A stretch of 64,000 bases of DNA from Takakia lepidozioides (taxonomy: Eukaryota > Plantae > Bryophyta). How positions within the stretch are numbered: the first letter of the stretch is position 1; every line of letters begins with the position of its first letter. The position numbers and the translations under genes are program-made. The notes beneath the pieces were generated by a model that did not search any database, was not told where the DNA came from, and worked only from the letters and a program-made list of their open reading frames with translations. The stretch is from positions 42,222,001 through 42,286,000 of the forward strand of contig CM060733.1 of NCBI GenBank assembly GCA_030704615.1, given 5' to 3'. Positions 61,873-64,000 of the stretch are shown here, piece after piece.

Positions 61873-62725
61873 AGTTGAGAGGCACCAGGCCCCTGAAGTT
61901 TTAACTGCACAAAGAAATCCTGCTGCCAAGATGACAGGAGATTGCAACGGGAGTGTCCGAACTGGAGGCCGGCAGCAATACAGGCAGCATTCAGCAGTTT
62001 GCTGCCAAAGTGCAGTTCAACATGATCATGTGGGTTATTGGGCACCATAAACCCATAGTCCAGCAGAAGCATGTCGTTCCTCAATGGGCCGTAGTCCAAC
62101 ACTAGCGCCTCACCTATTTGCAAGTCTTGCTCTGCCACTACCTGTGAACAATCCTCAGTATCGGTATTCATCAATGGGCAATAAGAGAAATAAGTGGTGA
62201 ATCTACTGTAGTCGTGTACCTCAAATCTAAAGAAATATGTTAACATGTAGGGTTCAGGGTTTAACCAGTCTTACAAAAACATGAACCACATGAACCACAC
62301 AAGAACTCCATCAATCTGTCTAACCTAATGGTGGAAGAGATGCAGGGTTATGCATTTCCCTACACCAATAACTGCAGCTGCATATCAAGTAGTGTATGTA
62401 AGACCCCCGTACATGTGTCACATTACCTCCTGAAATGGGGTAAGAGAAGTGGGGGAAGCCTGCTGCACAAGCCGTGCAGTGGGAGTGAAGCTGTGGTTGC
62501 ACATGTCTACCAATGGAAGAAGTGATGCACCTGCCCCTAGTTGGTGCACACGAAAGGCACGGCTGGAAACAGCACCCATGGCCCAGCCCAGTGCCCATGC
62601 ATCCATCTGTTGCCCACCAAACAGATGCTCATCCTCCCCCAGTTTTCCAGCCCCAGTTTTCTAGCCACTGTTGGAATCTCTTTCCTTGCAAACTGCAGTA
62701 AAAAGTGACAGCTCTTCTTCACCTG
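61873..62725 (-). pseudogene. Two-exon fragment of a host SET-domain lysine methyltransferase (Rubisco LSMT-like/SETD3-like family)
   Basis: LGWAMGAVSSRAF...LLPLVDMCNHSF (SET NH motif) and LDYGPLRNDMLLLDYGFMVPNNPHD. Truncated on both sides by transposon sequence. Confidence 0.85.
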
Positions 62726-62744
62726 CAACCCACTGAGACCACTT

Positions 62745-64000
62745 CACATGATTTCACGAAGGCTCAGGGGGATCAGGCGGGCAGCCTGGATTTGGCTCTG
62801 GGGGGACAGGGAGTATGGGAAGTAGTGCAACCAGAGCCGGGAATACTGTGAATATCGTGGGGCCAGTAGCAGGGAGTGCTCAGGGGCCACCACTGGGTGG
62901 AAGATCCACCACAAATACAATAGGTCCTCAAGGACCAGCACCAGCAAGGGGGCCAGCATCTGTCAGTGGGCAGAAGGTAGGGCCACAGATGGCGTTACAA
63001 CCAACATGGGCAAAACCACCTTTTCCAATATATTCAGGAAAAGGGGATCCTGATGTACACATTAGCCAATTTGAGCACATGTGTATTGTGAACAATGAGA
63101 ATGGCGATGATGCCAAGATGAGACTATTTCCTTGTTCACTTATCAAGAAAGCAAGTGAATGGTATGCAAGATTCCCTGATAATCATTCAGAAATAGGTTC
63201 AGGACAAGTAAAATTGAGGATGAAGTGTATGGAAGTTTACAACAGTTAAAGCAAAAGAAGCATGAAACTATTGAGGAGTATATGGAAAAAATGGAATTGA
63301 TGATGAAAAAGCTGGCTGATGTACCAGGTTTACAGAAGACTTGGTTTGTGAGTGGACTAAGACCAGAGTTGCAAAAGAAAGTGGATATGTTACAATACAG
63401 TGGAGGAGGCATTTGAAATAGCGAACATAATTGAGCAATTGGGAATGCTCAGGAGAGAGAAAAGGGATGATGAGGACTCTGAGGATGAGTCGGATGAGGA
63501 AGAAGAGCAAGAGCTGAAAAGGAAGAGTAAGAGAAAGGAGAAGTTGAAGAGGGATAACTATGAGAAAAGATTAGAAGAAATCTTGAAGAAGTATGCCACA
63601 GAGGCTGCAACACATTGGAGGAAGGGTGTTTGGTGTACAAAGTGCCAGAATGAAGGCCATACCACCACTGAATGCCACATGAAGGAGAAACATTGTACTA
63701 TCTGTAAGATGGATAACCATTCTACTGAGAATTGTTACTACAACAGAAGGACAGCTGCAAGAGAACCTAGGCAAGTAAGGGTGCATTAAGTGCAGCCCCA
63801 GCCAAGAAGAAACAGTGATCAGGACCACTATGGTAGGCCCGGTGGTTATAACAATGGTATGGAAGGGAGAGGTAATCCAAGAGGGAATTACCAAGGAAAT
63901 TCCAGGGGCAACTATCAGGGTAATCCAAGGGGGAATTACCAGCCAGGGAATCAAGATTACAGAAATAATCCTAGAGCAGACCAAGGGTGAGGACCCAATG
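62745..64000 (+). mobile_element. Third copy of the Gypsy A/B family: gag (capsid plus zinc knuckles), no LTR visible upstream, runs off the window
   Basis: YSGKGDPDVHISQF...LFPCSL; CTKCQNEGHTTTEC. 63606-64000 matches 1-398. Confidence 0.9.

Noticed and set aside
27980-62725. Co-location of three methyltransferase types (C5-DNMT, N4/N6-like, SET) as a functional cluster
   Set aside because: TSDs show that they arrived through independent insertions, so the co-location is best explained as coincidence.
1-64000. Programmed frameshifting as the explanation for the many ORF breaks
   Set aside because: The breaks differ between copies A and B of the same family and often fall in homopolymers, which fits decay or sequencing indels.

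Overview
Eukaryotic, repeat-dense window. It is probably from a non-seed land plant or another streptophyte; that is inferred from the spliceosomal introns, the plant-type Ty3/Gypsy elements and a plant SET-gene fragment. Almost all of it is nested transposons, and the nesting can be resolved from target-site duplications (TSDs). (1) A non-chromoviral Ty3/Gypsy element (copy A: 1-2852, 38508-39503, 45473-47976) is hit twice by one Mutator-like (MULE) family. One insertion is a ~12.9-kb two-gene element (2853-38507, 10-bp TSD). The other is an inverted, internally deleted derivative (39504-45472). (2) The large MULE carries a DDE/SWIM transposase on the minus strand. A divergent, intron-containing second gene encodes a ParB/Srx-like domain plus a beta-class N4C/N6A DNA-methyltransferase-like domain. 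The element also holds dense arrays of the CG-rich palindrome GGAAATTCGGCGCCGAATTTCC. (3) The transposase gene is interrupted by a second copy of the host Gypsy family (B, 6121-17801). (4) The ParB-MTase gene is interrupted by an unusual Gypsy-type element (C, 22230-33250). C encodes a DNMT3-like C5-cytosine methyltransferase between protease and RT, and a PHD finger after integrase. It has a self-priming-type PBS and split direct repeats (A-internal-B-A-B) instead of two normal LTRs. (5) From 47977 there is an ~8.5-kb array of ~115-bp monomers, each with a 40-bp hairpin, next to a second, related MULE transposase. That element appears to end inside a fragment of a host SET-domain gene. A third Gypsy A/B-family gag follows. 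All coding regions carry frameshifts or stops, from decay and/or assembly indels. Domain calls come from visual motif recognition only; no searches were run.
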